This document shows, one piece after another, positions 1-12,869 of a stretch of 64,000 nt of DNA (positions are counted from its first letter, which is position 1; every line of letters begins with the position of its first letter). Both the position numbers and the translations under genes were made by a program. Below the pieces are notes generated by a model that worked only from the letters and a program-made list of their open reading frames with translations, searched no databases and was not told where the DNA came from. The stretch is from Anthoceros angustus (Eukaryota > Plantae > Anthocerotophyta). Location: contig VJWM01000297.1 of the NCBI GenBank assembly GCA_010909165.1, positions 51,982 through 115,981 on the forward strand, read 5' to 3'.

Positions 1-9
1 GCAACTCAC

Positions 10-824
10 CTTCCCAGGGGTTATCGCCCCTTTGCTCTCTGCATCAGTTATCATGCTATAGCCAATCCTGCAGTTCACGGACAAACCCCAACAGTCAGTT
101 TCGGCGGTAAAGGACGCAAAACGGATAGGACGATGAAGCCCGCGAGCCTAAGCTTGATCAAGGCAGTCAACGCTTCAGAAGAGGAAAACTCCATGTTGCC
201 AAGCAAGCCAACAGTAAATAAAAACCTCGTCCTCACCTATCCTTTACGCTACAGCATGGTTCCATGATTTCCAGCTTGGCGGCAATATTTGCCACAGAAC
301 CTTCCACGACCTTATTGAGATACACCATCGGCGTCTTCCCTATCAGCTGGCAAAATTCAAAGGCACAAGCTGTTACAAACACCGAAACCAAACCCCAGGT
401 CCTGCTGAGTATCCCAATTGCCAGGCGCATCCGATTCCACCGCAAGGCAAACGCAGGCACGGGCAGAGACGTGCAAAGCAGTGCGGCAGAGCAGGCGCGC
501 CCAGCCCACCTGAGTGACATCCTCCGCAATGTTGAGGCCCTCCAGGGCGTCCTTGTCCGTCTCCGCGGGGGCCTCCGCCGCCACGGCGTCCAGCTTGCTA
601 TCCACTCGCAGCTTCTCCATGTGCGTGGTCACTGCGTCCACCCTGCGGACTTGCGATAAGCGCTTGGCCGACAGCCTCGGTACCGTTAAGGTGCTGGTGG
701 CTCCCAGTCGAAGTGCACCGCAAGAAGAGCCCGAGGACGAGGCGGCAGCTGACGAGCAGGGCGCGTCAAGCACGCGGGAAGAGACCGAGGCAGACAGGCG
801 AGCGGCAGCGGTGGCGGCAGCCAT
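10..824 (-). CDS. OASTL: Organellar cysteine synthase / O-acetylserine(thiol)lyase, 5' part (exons 824-510, 346-237, 67-10; continues off the left edge)
   Basis: Ser/Ala-rich transit peptide, then LNIAEDVTQ|[37 protein letters not shown]|[19 protein letters not shown] with the PLP-lysine motif SVKDR; GT-AG boundaries read directly at each exon. Confidence 0.95.
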
Positions 825-2715
825 GATTACTGATGTGTCTCTATATGTGTATCGCAGAGCTTCCTTCCAGAGTGTCCTCGTTGGGATCGATGGAGACAGC
901 CTCGGAAGCAGGCTTGGAAGCTGGCCAGATGCACAATGCGACGTTAGTGCGGCCTGCTCACCTTACCTTCCTGGTGCGACCACGCGCCGCCCAATCCTTC
1001 GCCTGCAGGCTACTCTTGCACTACCTACGCGCAGTTCCAGTAAACACTTCACGATGGTCAATTCTCACATTCTTACATCATGTTGTGCTGCATTGCTAAA
1101 CACCCACCATCTAAACCGACGCCAGACTGCGTACCGTTGATCGGACTGTAGAACTCGTTTAACCCCAGAAGGACGAATCGACTCAAAATGAATCAATAGT
1201 CCTGCCCTTTCAGTCTTGTGCTTTTTTTGACAATCCGCCTTGCCTTCGGACCCCTTGAGCGAACTACGCTGAGAGCATATGGAGAAAGGACAATTCTTGA
1301 GATGAAAAAACGGACTGCAATTTCATGGCTGGAATCGGAGATGCCGCAAGATGCTTCCCAACCAGCACTGCAGACTGTTGAGTTTAGCGAACCCGAGACA
1401 CGCCGTCCCCGCGAGTTGTAGCTGGTGGTAGATTAGTCCACCCCCACAATCCCTTGACGGAGGGAACTCTCGGGGTGAGGGTAGCTCCCGTGGCTATGTT
1501 TTAGGCATCAATTTTTCAGTTAAAAAAAATTAATTCATGTACCCGGGACTCCGATGAGCCCCAATTTTTCAGAGGATGTGCAGAGGGTGCTAGCATGTCT
1601 CCAAAAAGCTTGCTCACGCAGCGGATTCATGTGGCATTCTCCCCGGCCGGAGATGCTGGCAAAATTGTGGGCAATGCACCCAGGGCTCGTTTTATTCCCC
1701 TTGAAGGTATGGATGGAGGAGATGAGCATGCTAATTGTGGTCCGGACCACCAGCACACCTTCACATTATTTTTCTTGATTTAGTTATCTCAAAGAAATCA
1801 AAATAGAGAAAAACCCCCTCTTGGCCTGTTGGGGTTAATGTCACTATGCTGATCACACTTGCACATGGGCAATATCGGTAATGATCATTATTATTTAGGC
1901 TCATAAATATGAGGTGACTAGTATTGTTAAGTACTCTTTGTTCTTTGAAGATCGTTTTTCTACTGCTCTCGACGATAGCCTCGACCAATTCTTCTGAACC
2001 CCGTTTCGATCCGATCGTGATCTCTGTTCACCAAAAGAAATTTGTAATCGAATATGTACATGGCGATTTCCCACTGTACGACAAGAGGCATTAGTAGCTC
2101 GGCTGCGATTGCGCGATTGCGCGACCAACCACGCGCCGCGCGGTCTGAGATATTTCTAGATAATTCCTGACGAAAGTATTCTCAACATGCCAGTACAGAC
2201 CCTACACGCAACGAACCTGCCTTTTCCCCGAGAGATGCAACTCCAAGTTTCAACCTGCACAAAGTGGGCTCCATGTGAACGAAGCCGCTGACGGGAAAGG
2301 AATAGGATCGCGTCGCCCGGCCCGAGTCAACTCCGTGCCATTATCTACTGATCCACAGAGCATCATGAGTACAGGATGCATTTTGGGTCACCAGAAAGTT
2401 ACATTAATGATACAAAAATGAATTTTACCACAAATGAATAGCACCACATTGCAGACCACAAGCCCTGTCAGCTATACATAAAGGATCTGAGACGTTACCT
2501 ACTCAAAAACATGCAGTGTATGTTACATGATAGCCTCTGCGTTGACAAGGAGGCAGGATTGTGAACCTTTCTGGATTCACACACAGCACAGGCAGCAGAA
2601 AGTTCCGAAGAAGCTAGCAGCCAAGAACCTGTGAGCGGCCAGCTTCTGATAACTGACCTCAACGTACTGTTGTGGCCGAATACCCCTAGGACTTCAGCCA
2701 ACCGCCCCAAATTGA

Positions 2716-4900
2716 CTAGGTTGACCTCCGCAATTTTGTGTTCAGAGGAGGTTCCTTGTAGGAGGCAATGCATGCGGTTGCCCTCCTCATTGGCCTTCCA
2801 GACACTGCACTTACAAGTGCTCGTTTCTGAGATAACTCTGGACTCTCCACTTTCAAAGCAACAGGACTTAGTCCGTGGCGTGACCGTTTCATGTCCTTGT
2901 CTGTGTCGGGCTCCATCTTTGCTGCTAGTCTTCTTCTATCGGGTGCACCAGTAGCACATTCCAAGTTCTCAGGTGAGCCAACAGCTTCCATAACAACACT
3001 ACTTGGTCTTCGAAGACGTCCCTGCTTCTGGAGCTTGACAGCTGGCTTCAGATAATCTTCTGCTGCAGCTGAAGACACTGCTCTGCCAGTTTCTGACAGC
3101 AAGGACGGGCTTTCAAACGCATCAGCTGGGCTATCTTCCCTTGCTGAGCTGGAGATCGTTTCATCACCCTCACACAATCTGTCCATGGCCTCATGCTCCA
3201 GAACTTTGTATTGCCGGCTGTGAATACTCTTGGGTACAGCCAAGAGCACTTCCTGTGGAACCTTATATGGATCTTCCTTCGTTGCAGCAATACCCCTTGA
3301 CCTCAGGCTCAGCCTGCAAACAATTTGGAACAAGACTTGGTCAAACCTCTTTCACCTCGACCTTCAGAACTTTAGGCTGTGTCATATAGTTTACTCCACA
3401 GTGATTGACAGTACCTTCTATACGTAGGAGGCTCATCTTTCATGCACGCAGACTCACTGCTGCCTGGCCTAGAATTTTGCATGTCCTCCAATAGCTGACC
3501 TGCAGGGCGAATGTATGGTAACATACTCCCAACACCAGATAGTGCTCAGAAAAGGGTCTTGACAGAACGGCACCTGGGGTCATGCTATGTCTTTTGGTCG
3601 AAGAAGCCTTACTCCGAGTTCTCAATGTTGTGGTTGAGCCTTTGCACACATTCTGCACATAGGAACATACACATAATCAACATAAAGGGGCAACAATGTG
3701 ACACAATGCCTGGTAGAACGCCTCTTATCAACCATACCTGCATCTGCTTGTCCATTAGGAGCATATTTCGGCTGTGTTCCAGTTCTTCAAGTCTAAGCTG
3801 CAAGTAGTTTAGAGAGTCAGGTTACTATGTAATCAAGGTGCCAATACAATATGACTAATCCCTAATAGCATCATTGCAAAGCGGCCGCTAGCAACTTTCT
3901 AAGACCAATGAATGTACATGGCTAGTGCATATCGTCTATTGCTAGGACACTTGCACACGTCATTAGGGATATTGCTTTCCCTGCTGCCACAGAACATGGG
4001 AACAATATGGTTAGGTTAGAATTGGCAGTTTCATTGGCATACCCGAAGCTCAGCTTCCATAATCCTGAACATAGACGCCATCTGGTTGTGCTCATGCTGC
4101 AAAATTTTCATCTGTAGAAGTCCAGCAAATGACATGAGCTAAACACCTCTCACACGCATCAGGTCCACCACCCCACAAAAATCTCTGTGCACAAGCGGAA
4201 GTACTATGGTATTACTTGCTCCCTCAGTTGAAGATTTTCCTGTCAATGCCAACATTATCAGGCTGTCATGCCCTTTTACCACTCGAGAACAAAAAAGTGA
4301 GTATGGCAGGAGATACTATTTTAACCGGTCTCTGCAGTCGTTTTGACAAGTGAACTTAGGACAATCAAAGGTTTTGTTCTAACCTTGGACAGCCTGGTAT
4401 TGTGAAATATTATCTCCTCATTCACAGCGGCTCTACGATGCAAATTGAACGTGTACTCCTTTTGAAGCTTTTGCACCTGCTCGGTCTGCGCTGCAATCAT
4501 CGCACTAAGACCTTCGGGTTAAGGAGAAAACAGCGAAGAGGTACAAAAAGAACTAGGTTCACGCTGCAAAACTGCAAGGTCTGCCAACACATGAAACTAG
4601 GAAAGGATACTCCTTCTCGGACAACAATTTCGTCAACGTGAATATCTCCTGCAGCATACAACATTCAAGACAAGCTTGATGCACGAAACAAATTGCAGCA
4701 AAACTGGCCACTTTAGAGCGACAGACTGGAAACATAAAGAATTGATACAGCAGCCATACCTTCTGTAGTTCCTTGTCTTTGTTGGAAGGAATTAAATTAT
4801 CCAGGCTGGCCGTGAACAGCGGCAGGTTTGTTAGATCAGACAGACGCCTCCTGTGACCTGGGGTGGCAGAGGCGCGCTTCCCTTGCCTATCGCCCCCCAT
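2716..4900 (-). CDS. SGO1: Shugoshin-like centromeric cohesion protector (multi-exon; start approximate)
   Basis: C-terminal SGO motif RRATACIASYKEPPLNTKLRR; N-terminal RRRLSDLTN; coiled-coil exons MKILQHEHNQMASMFRIMEAELR (~4050-4120) and LQLRLEELEHSR (~3750-3805). Confidence 0.85.
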
Positions 4901-5349
4901 ACCGGTTGTAATACCGAATGGAGCGATATCGTCTTGGTGGACTACCTATCTATCGTGTTTACCCTACCCACTATGCGGCGACTCCATCGCAGCCAGGAGA
5001 CAAAGAGCAACCTGCTCTCTAGCAAGTGTAGAAGAAACCAGATCTGTTCATGATGCTGCAGACACGCGGAAGACTCAAGGACAGAAATGGTGCAACCATC
5101 AGTCACAACGTGAACACAGATAACCCGGACGGATCATTCGACCCAGTACATTGTTCCTCTTCGGCCAGGCGAGGTTCACCGCTGCCTTGCTCTCATCCTT
5201 CATGTGATCACGGACACCCAGGCAAGTGGTCAGACACCAATGTTGCCCAGCATCAGTGATGCTACTCAGGATGCTCAGGTCTCAACTCCAGCCTGCCGCT
5301 TGATGGCCGGAAAGGGGCAAATTCCGGCAAGCACCATACTCTTCCTGCT

Positions 5350-5566
5350 GCATTTCAAATGTCTCCGCCTGCTGCTCTGAGCCGTGAAATGGAAGCAAAT
5401 AATGATCGTACCAGTAAATCCACGCTGTATCCACTGCCACAACGTCCAAGGCCGCTCTCCAGGTGTTCTATGCTTGCGAGGGGAGTGGAGCTGAACGCGG
5501 TCGCGAAAGCACGGCAAACCGGCAGAAAATTTTCGAAGGCCAGCCCGCTCCAACTTTCAACGGCTA
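5350..5566. promoter_or_regulatory. Possible G2/M cis-elements upstream of SGO1
   Basis: TTCAACGGCTA at 5556-5566 resembles the MSA consensus (one mismatch); CHR-like TTTGAA on the minus strand at ~5354-5359. Short motifs, could be chance. Confidence 0.25.
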
Positions 5567-6342
5567 CCTAGTTTCTTGGGAACCGCTTGCACCTCGTAGC
5601 GCCGACTACGTCCACCCCGACATATGTAGGTTGTTAAAAAATTATAATGTGCACAACCCTTAGGAGGCATTTCTTATAAGCTCTGTATTTTATACAGGTC
5701 CCGGCATATATAGGTAGGTAGTTAGTCTTTGATCGGTCCATCCCATCTTCATACATTGACAATTATTATTATTTTTTATTTTATTATAATAAATGATAAT
5801 TTTATATTTATTATATATTAGTATAGTATCCTCTATTTTTATTATTATTCATGATTTAAAACTTTATTGAGGAAGTAGCTTTGGAAACAGCAAAATCCTA
5901 CATAAGGGACCCCAAGTGGTTTGTAGAACAAGTACTCACCAAAACATCACGGAAGGCTATACCCGGCTAGAGACCAACCCATCTGAGCAGCCTGAAGTAT
6001 CAAATCTAGTGAAAGGGCCTAAGCACAACATTATCCCATATTGGGAGATAAGGCTCGAGATCCTCCAATTCTTCCATCATCTTTGTGAGCAAGACAAGCT
6101 CTTGGGTAATAAAGCCATCACTTTCATCCTCTTCCTTAGTAAGCTCAAAACCTTTGTGAAATTTTCTTCTCTCACCGTGGATCTAGTCTTGTCTTAGCAG
6201 CTTGGTCTTAGCACCTTCAAACATTATCAAACATGGAGAAGGAGCAATCAAATCTGGCAAGAATATTGTCATATACAATAAGGGGATTATATTTATATTC
6301 CTCTTAAATTCCGAACAATTGAACTAGACTCAATACCTGGTC

Positions 6343-7600
6343 TCATTCCACCCTCTCCGTTTTTAATCTGGAGATGAAGTCGGCATTAACATGCTTCCTG
6401 CCTTCTCTCGTCTCAACAGTAAAGGTGAACTCTTGAAGCAGCAAAATCCAATGGGCTATGCGTCCCAAAAGGTCAACGTTGTTCACAAGGTGCTTGAGAG
6501 CAAAATGGTCAACATGGAACACAAACTCATACGAAAGTAAGTAGTGTCTGAATTTTCTGACCGAGTAGACCATTCTAAGTGCCTCGCGCTCTGTGGTGGT
6601 ATACTTTCGCTCTGCGTCCGTCAGTTGTCGCCCAGCATGGTAGATCGGATAATTTTTCTTCTTTTCATCCCTCTGGCTAAGAACCGATCCGATGGCGAAG
6701 GCTGAAACGTCAACAAAAACATGAAATTTCTTTCTCCAATCAGGCCCCCTCAGCGTTGGCACTGTAGCCAGTGTCATTCGTAGGTCCTGGAATGCCTCCT
6801 CTCGCTCCGACGTCCATTCCCACACCTGATCCTTTCTCAACAGACCCGTTAGTGGGGCAGCCTGTTTGGCGAAATTTGGAACGAAGCGTCTGTAATACCC
6901 AACCATTCCAAGGAAACCATGAAGCTCCTTCAGCGTTGTTGGAGCTCTAAGGGCAGCTATCACCTTTACCTTATCTGGATCAACTTCTATACCTCGATCC
7001 GAAATTCGATGCCCCAACAGGATACCTTCCGACATGCCAAAGTAGCACTTCTCTAGATGCAAACACTATTGTGTTGCACGACATTGTCCCAGACACTTTT
7101 GAAGGTGCATCAAATTGTCCTTCACAGTTCCAAACACGCAAAAGTCGTCCAAGAAAACTTCCATAAAGTCCCGGAGGAAGTCCTTGAATATTTTGACAAT
7201 AGCCCGCATGAAGGAACCAGGTGCCCCTATCAACCCGAATGCATTGCGTTTGTAGGCGTATGTTCCCCAATCCGCTAGTTGGCGTGGCCACTTTCCACGA
7301 GATGTTGTAAATCAAGTGCCCATCCAAGAAGGAATAAGCCATCCTGCCTGTGACCAGAGCTAAAATGTTGTCGATGAAGGGCAACGGAAAATGATCCTTC
7401 TTAGTGACTTTATTCAACCTTCGCCAATCCTGGCAAACCCGGATCTTACCCGACTGTCTCTTAGGCACCACAACGATCGGAGCTACCCATTCTGTGTTGA
7501 CGATAGGATAGATCACATCCGCTTTGAGATACGGCTCCAACTGATCTTTTACCTTCAATGAGTACTTGGGGTTTAACTTGTACTGAATTTATCATCCTTG
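6343..7600 (-). pseudogene. Ty3/gypsy reverse transcriptase-RNase H, frameshifted, no integrase following
   Basis: WVAPIVVVPK, IRVCQDWRRLNKVTKKDHFPLP, shifted-frame MPFGLTNAPATF and FLDDF, GMVGYYRRFVPNFA, RNase H DVSAFAIGSVL, YTTTEREAL, NADFISR then stop. Confidence 0.9.
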
Positions 7601-7986
7601 CTCCAGTCGTTCTTATGCTCTCCCCACTCTTTGGGTATACCCTGCATGTCGGTTACATCGGAGGCAAAGACGTCGATGAATACCGCAAGCAACTGTTTCA
7701 TGCCCTCCTTAAGCGCTGCGCTCATTTTTGGAGAATTTGAGCACTTTTCCTGGAAGTACCTCAACGTCTTTGATTTCATCCGCTTGTACCCATTCACGCT
7801 CCACCGGTGCGGAACTGACTCCAAACCCTTCCTCTGGCTCTCGCGGCTCTTCTTCTCGCATGCCCCATTCTTTGAACAGATCTTTCGAGGTGAAGCGCGT
7901 GATGCCTGTTCCATTCTCCTCAACCGATTGTTCCTGCACTTCGCTCCCTCCTTCTTCCATCAAAATTCCAATGCAACATAAATACA

Positions 7987-8880
7987 TTATAACAAAATTT
8001 CACCGACACCGTGTGGGATATCTCTCCGATAATCATGTTCCTCATCAGACCAGGAGATGTGCGCGAAAGGGAACCTATCTTCTCCATCCGTCTCCCCTGA
8101 TGTGTCCTCAGCTGTGGTATACCCGTCCGTTTCTGTTGGGGTCTCGCCAGCGTACATATCCCTACTCCAGGATAAGCAAATCCTACCCTCCTTAGTCTTA
8201 GGATCCCACTCGAGAGGTTTGAAGCCATCTTCCTTTCTTCCCCACTTGAGCGTGCATTGCGATCCATACATCCAAGTTCGACCAATTAAAACGTTATACC
8301 CCGGCGACTTCTGCTTGATGACTACATAATCCATTAGATAGGGAATGGTTCCGATGGTCGTTAGCATGCGTGTCAATTCCCCTACCGGCACCATTCTGGA
8401 CATGTCTGCCAGCTGCAAAACTTTGGAGGTATGCTCGATTTCCAACCCCAATTTCCTAGCCGTGTCCTCTGTCATGATATTCACGCCCGAACCAGTATCG
8501 AGAGGTACCCCTTTAATGACGCACCCCGAGATCTCTACTTGGAGTTCAGCTGGGCCTTGGTTAACCATGGATACCAGATTCACAGCAAGTGGCCTTGGTC
8601 CCGATTTAGGAAGGCTCCGCTTTTTCTTGGGTTGGGCTTCCTTCAATGCCCTCCTGATTTGCTGCCGATACCGCGGGTTGTCTCTAAGGAGTTGTCCGAA
8701 TGTGATCATGAAATGCTGGTCCATGATGGCTTCCGCTAGGTTAAAAGGAGCACTTGCTCGTTCCTTCCCTCCACCAGGGTTTGTGTTGGTTCCTGGCCCC
8801 AGACCTATGCCCGAGGCATGCGGCTCTCTCGTGGTGGCGGACTCTCGTGGGAGGTAGGAAACCGTGTCCGTGGATTCCAT
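7987..8880 (-). CDS. Ty3/gypsy aspartic protease ORF
   Basis: Active site LDTGSGVNIM, downstream QLADMS and VLIGRTW motifs. Confidence 0.85.
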   Translation of the reverse strand: MESTDTVSYLPRESATTREPHASGIGLGPGTNTNPGGGKERASAPFNLAEAIMDQHFMITFGQLLRDNPRYRQQIRRALKEAQPKKKRSLPKSGPRPLAVNLVSMVNQGPAELQVEISGCVIKGVPLDTGSGVNIMTEDTARKLGLEIEHTSKVLQLADMSRMVPVGELTRMLTTIGTIPYLMDYVVIKQKSPGYNVLIGRTWMYGSQCTLKWGRKEDGFKPLEWDPKTKEGRICLSWSRDMYAGETPTETDGYTTAEDTSGETDGEDRFPFAHISWSDEEHDYRRDIPHGVGEILL

Positions 8881-9199
8881 TACTGTATGCGTTTTCTAAT
8901 TAAGGGCAAAGGACTCGCGAGTATGGAAGCAACGTGATACTTTACCTTGTGAAATCCTCCTCCTTTTATAGGAGGCCTTCCATATACAACCTCCCTTGCT
9001 GGGTGACCCTACTGCAGGTCACCTTTCCCAATATTTTATTGTTTCCTACCGCCAGTATTTAAGACCTGGCATCTAAGTCTATTGTCTGATTCACCTAAGA
9101 TCGTCCTTAAAGACTGTCAGTCTACATCACCTATCCTTCCTATTCTCCCAAACTCATTTATGGTCTTTGACCATACCTAGTCCTCATCCTGCTGGGGTG

Positions 9200-12100
9200 G
9201 TGACGCGTCTCCTACGGATTGGCCCCCTCGCCCTCTTTTTGCTCCTGTCCCCTCCCCAAATCCTGTCATCTTCCTAGCTTGTGGGGCAAGTACCATTTTG
9301 CCCCTTCCTCCTGCTCCGCGGAGCGGCGCCCCAATTCCCTTCACCCTTCAGGCAAGCGCGCCCCTTCCGCGTGCCCAGGCGCCTCTCATTCCAACCTCCT
9401 CCGCCTGGCTGCACTCCTTTTGCAAGCACTCTACCGTGGTAGTCTGGTAGACTACCCAGGAGGGCCGACTACCTCACCGTGGTAGTCCGGGTCCCTATCT
9501 CCTTCCCTTCCTTTTATCTCCTCATCGGTGATGTCTCCTGGGGTCGAGATCCTTTTTGCTCCTTTCCTCCTGTTGTTTGATTTGTCCATACCTATCATGG
9601 AGCATGTCTTCAAAGGATCCTCCCCCCCCCATTTGTTGACCGATGATGTCCGCCCTGCTAATTTCTCCGGGCCTTCTTCGCGTTGGTCTCCTCTCCTGGC
9701 CCCGGTTCCTCTCTTGTTCGTGGGGTGAGGGAATTTCTCACCCCTTCCTGTCCTCCGACCCCGTCCTTGATCTCTTCCGGTGGAGCTGCTCCCTCCACCG
9801 CTCTGTCTCCTTCCCCAAGGGGCATGCCGCCGGACCCCCCGGCCCTTCCGTCCTCAACCAGCCTCAGTGGCACAGCTCCCCTCGTCCTCAGTGATGCAGT
9901 GACCTCGTGATGTGACCTACCACGGTAGTCTGGCAGACTACCATGGTAGGGTGGTCACCTACCGTGGTAGGGTGACCCCCTGTGAGGGTGGGCTGTCCAC
10001 CCTCCTTGCTCTCCGCGCCATCCTCCCCTCTTGGCGCCGCGGTCTCTCCTCCATCCCTTGATTCTCCAGACTCCTCGGAGTCCATATCACTTGTGGCCTC
10101 ATCAAAATCAGAGGCCTCCTGCTGCACCTGCAGCAGCATCTGTCGGTCGTCATCATGAGGACTCAATGTCCTCCTCTTGGCCAAACGCAACACCTCGTTG
10201 TTGGCCTTCAGTATCCGGTTGTGGAGATGGGCTCCCAAGCTATGATATTGCATCTAGAGGTCATCAAGCTCCGTGGGCCATTCTCCATCCTCACACCTAC
10301 CCTTGTAGGCGTCCCTTGCGGTGGTCAACTCTCCCACCTTCACATGGAGGGTCACATTCTCCTCCCTTGCTTCTCTTAGCTAGTTGGCCAATTTCGCCTG
10401 AAGGGCATAATCTGCCCAAAATCGTCTCTTCCTCACCACCAGCATCCCGTGCACCATTTTCTTGTGGTGCTCCTCCTCCTGGGATCTCCTCCGCTCCAAG
10501 TCCCCTAGTTGCTGAGCAAGTCTTTCCCTCTCCGCTTGCCAAGCAATCTTCTCGCGCTCCAGCTCTTGCAGTTGCTGGTCTTGAGCATCTAGCTCTGCGC
10601 GCTTCTCTTCCAAATTGTACTAGGTTCTCCGCAACTCCTCTTCCATGTCCCGGATTTTGATGGCTTGAGTAGCCGTCACCTGCTCCTGCGCCTCTACTTA
10701 ATTGCTGGACCGCCTACTTCTCTCTCCCTACAGCCTCGGTCTTGCTTCTCCGCTCCTGCTCTAGCTGGGCAAAATGCTCCTCCGCCTTTTGCCTCCATGA
10801 CTCCCGTTGGGTTGTTGCCTGGATCGCTCTTTCCTCCGTTTGGGTCAACCTTCCCTCCAGGACCTTCTCCGCTCGCCGCTGGTCCACAAGATCTCGTTGG
10901 AGCTTCTCCACAGCCTTCTCCAACTTGGCTGCCTTCTTATCGGACTCCATGGCCTCCAATTGCCACTTGGTCCTTGCCCTTCTCTCTGTCATCTCCACAG
11001 GCCTTATTCGCCCGGACTTCCTCTTGACACGCCCATAAGGAGGCTGGCCCCCTTCAAATCCACACGGCTGAGCACCTCACAGGCACTCAGCAAATCTCCT
11101 AGGGGCCCCAATTCCGCCCCCGTCGGCTTCTTGCTGGAATTCTCCAGCCTTCCTGCACTCCTCGGGCCATCGCGCGGCGGCGTAGGCCCTCGCACCGTCG
11201 CCCCATCGGCCCTTCCGCCTAGCGCGGGTGATGGCGGCCTGGGCGCCGCCCGCGGCGCCTCGCGCTGCCCCTCCTTCCTCTTCTTTCCTAGAGGCGCTGG
11301 CTGGCGGGTGCCCGCCACTCTGCGGTGGCTAAAACCCCACTGCTAGTCTGCTACCTACCATGGTAGGCTGCCTCCACCGGGTAGGCCGACGGTGCCTCTC
11401 CTCGCACCCATGCAATGGTGGGAACTCCTCCTACCTTTGGGCTGCTCCCCTCCACCGTGGTAGTCTGCCTCATAGACTACCACTTGGCCCTCTATGGCCG
11501 GATTTTGCTCTTCTCCTCCTTGCTCCTCTTGTGGGCAAGTACCATTTGCCCTTCCTCCTGCTCCAGCGCCTGCCCCAATTCCCTTCACCCTTCAGGCAAG
11601 CGCGCCCCTTCCGCGTGCCCAGGCGCCTCTCATTCCAACCTCCTCCGCCTGGCTGCACTCCTTTTGCAAGCACTCTACCGTGGTAGTCTGGTAGACTACC
11701 GGAGTAGGCTGACTACCTACCGTGGTAGTCTGGTCCCTATCTCCTTCCCTTCCTTTTATCTCCTCATCGGTGATGTCTCCTGGGGTCGAGATCCTTTTTG
11801 CTCCTTTCCTCCTGTTGTTTGATTTGTCCATACCTATCATGGAGCATGTCTTCAAAGAATCCTCCCACCGCAACCGTGGCGCGACTTTCGACAGCCACCG
11901 CGCGCATAAATCCGTGTTGTAGCAGGGGTCCGTCCCAAGAGAATGATAGGCTCGGTTGGCACGTTTTCAACCGATTCTCACCCCAACGTCGCGGGATTCC
12001 GAGGCTGCATGCACGGGTTCTACGACTAACTACTCTTAACGCTTCATAACAGCGGCGTGGCAAAATGTTTAAGGACTCGCTTGTCTGCATCTACCGCCTG

Positions 12101-12860
12101 CTCGTCCGCCTATTCCGTTCTTCTCACCACTCTCAATACACTCATCGTTCTTGGAAAGAGTGGGTGGGCTGCGTGGTTTGGACCTCCTCCGTTTGGGTCA
12201 ACCTTCCCTCCAGGACCTTCTCCGCTCGCCGCTGGTCCACAAGATCTCGTTGGAGCTTCTCCACAGCCTTCTCCAACTTGGCTGCCTTCTTATCGGACTC
12301 CATGGCCTCCAATTGCCACTTGGTCCTTGCCCTTCTCTCTGTCATCTCCTGGGCCTTATTCGCCCGGACTTCCTCTTGACACGCCCATAAGGAGGCTGGC
12401 CCCCTTCAAATCCACACGGCTGAGCTCCTCACAGGCACTCAGCAAATCTCCTAGGGGCCCCAATTCCGCCCCCGTCGGCTTCTTGCTGGAATTCTCCAGC
12501 CTTCAGCACTCCTCGGGCCATTGCGGCGGCGTAGGCCCTCGCCACCGTCGCCCCGGCCCCTTCCGCCCGGGTGATGGCGGCCCGGCGCCGCCGTGGCGCC
12601 TCACGCCTCCTTCCTCTTCTTTCCTACTGCCAGGCTGCACTCTGGGCGTGAGACCTGGCGGTGGCTAAAACCCTGGTGATGGTGGCTACCTACCATGGTA
12701 GGCTGCCTCCCAAGGGAGGGGGTGCCTCTCCTCGCACCCATGCAATGGTGGGAACTCCTCCTACCTTTGACATCACCCCTCTGGTAGTGCTCCTCATAGA
12801 CTACCACTTGGCCCTCTATGGCCGGATTTTGCTCTTCTCCTCCTTGCTCCTCTTGTGGGG
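9200..12860 (-). mobile_element. Mosaic of degenerate copies of a TE-associated coiled-coil ORF (family A-like) with internal duplications
   Basis: Heptad-rich frames (ESDKKAAKLEKAVEKLQRDLVDQ; EEKRAELDAQDQQLQELERE); blocks 9290-9640 ~ 11530-11860, 10840-11200 ~ 12190-12520, 11340-11530 ~ 12680-12850. Confidence 0.6.
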
Positions 12861-12869
12861 GAAAGGCCT

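Noticed and set aside
514-1140. 208-aa plus-strand ORF
   Set aside because: Antisense shadow of the GC-rich cysteine synthase exon 1 and promoter.
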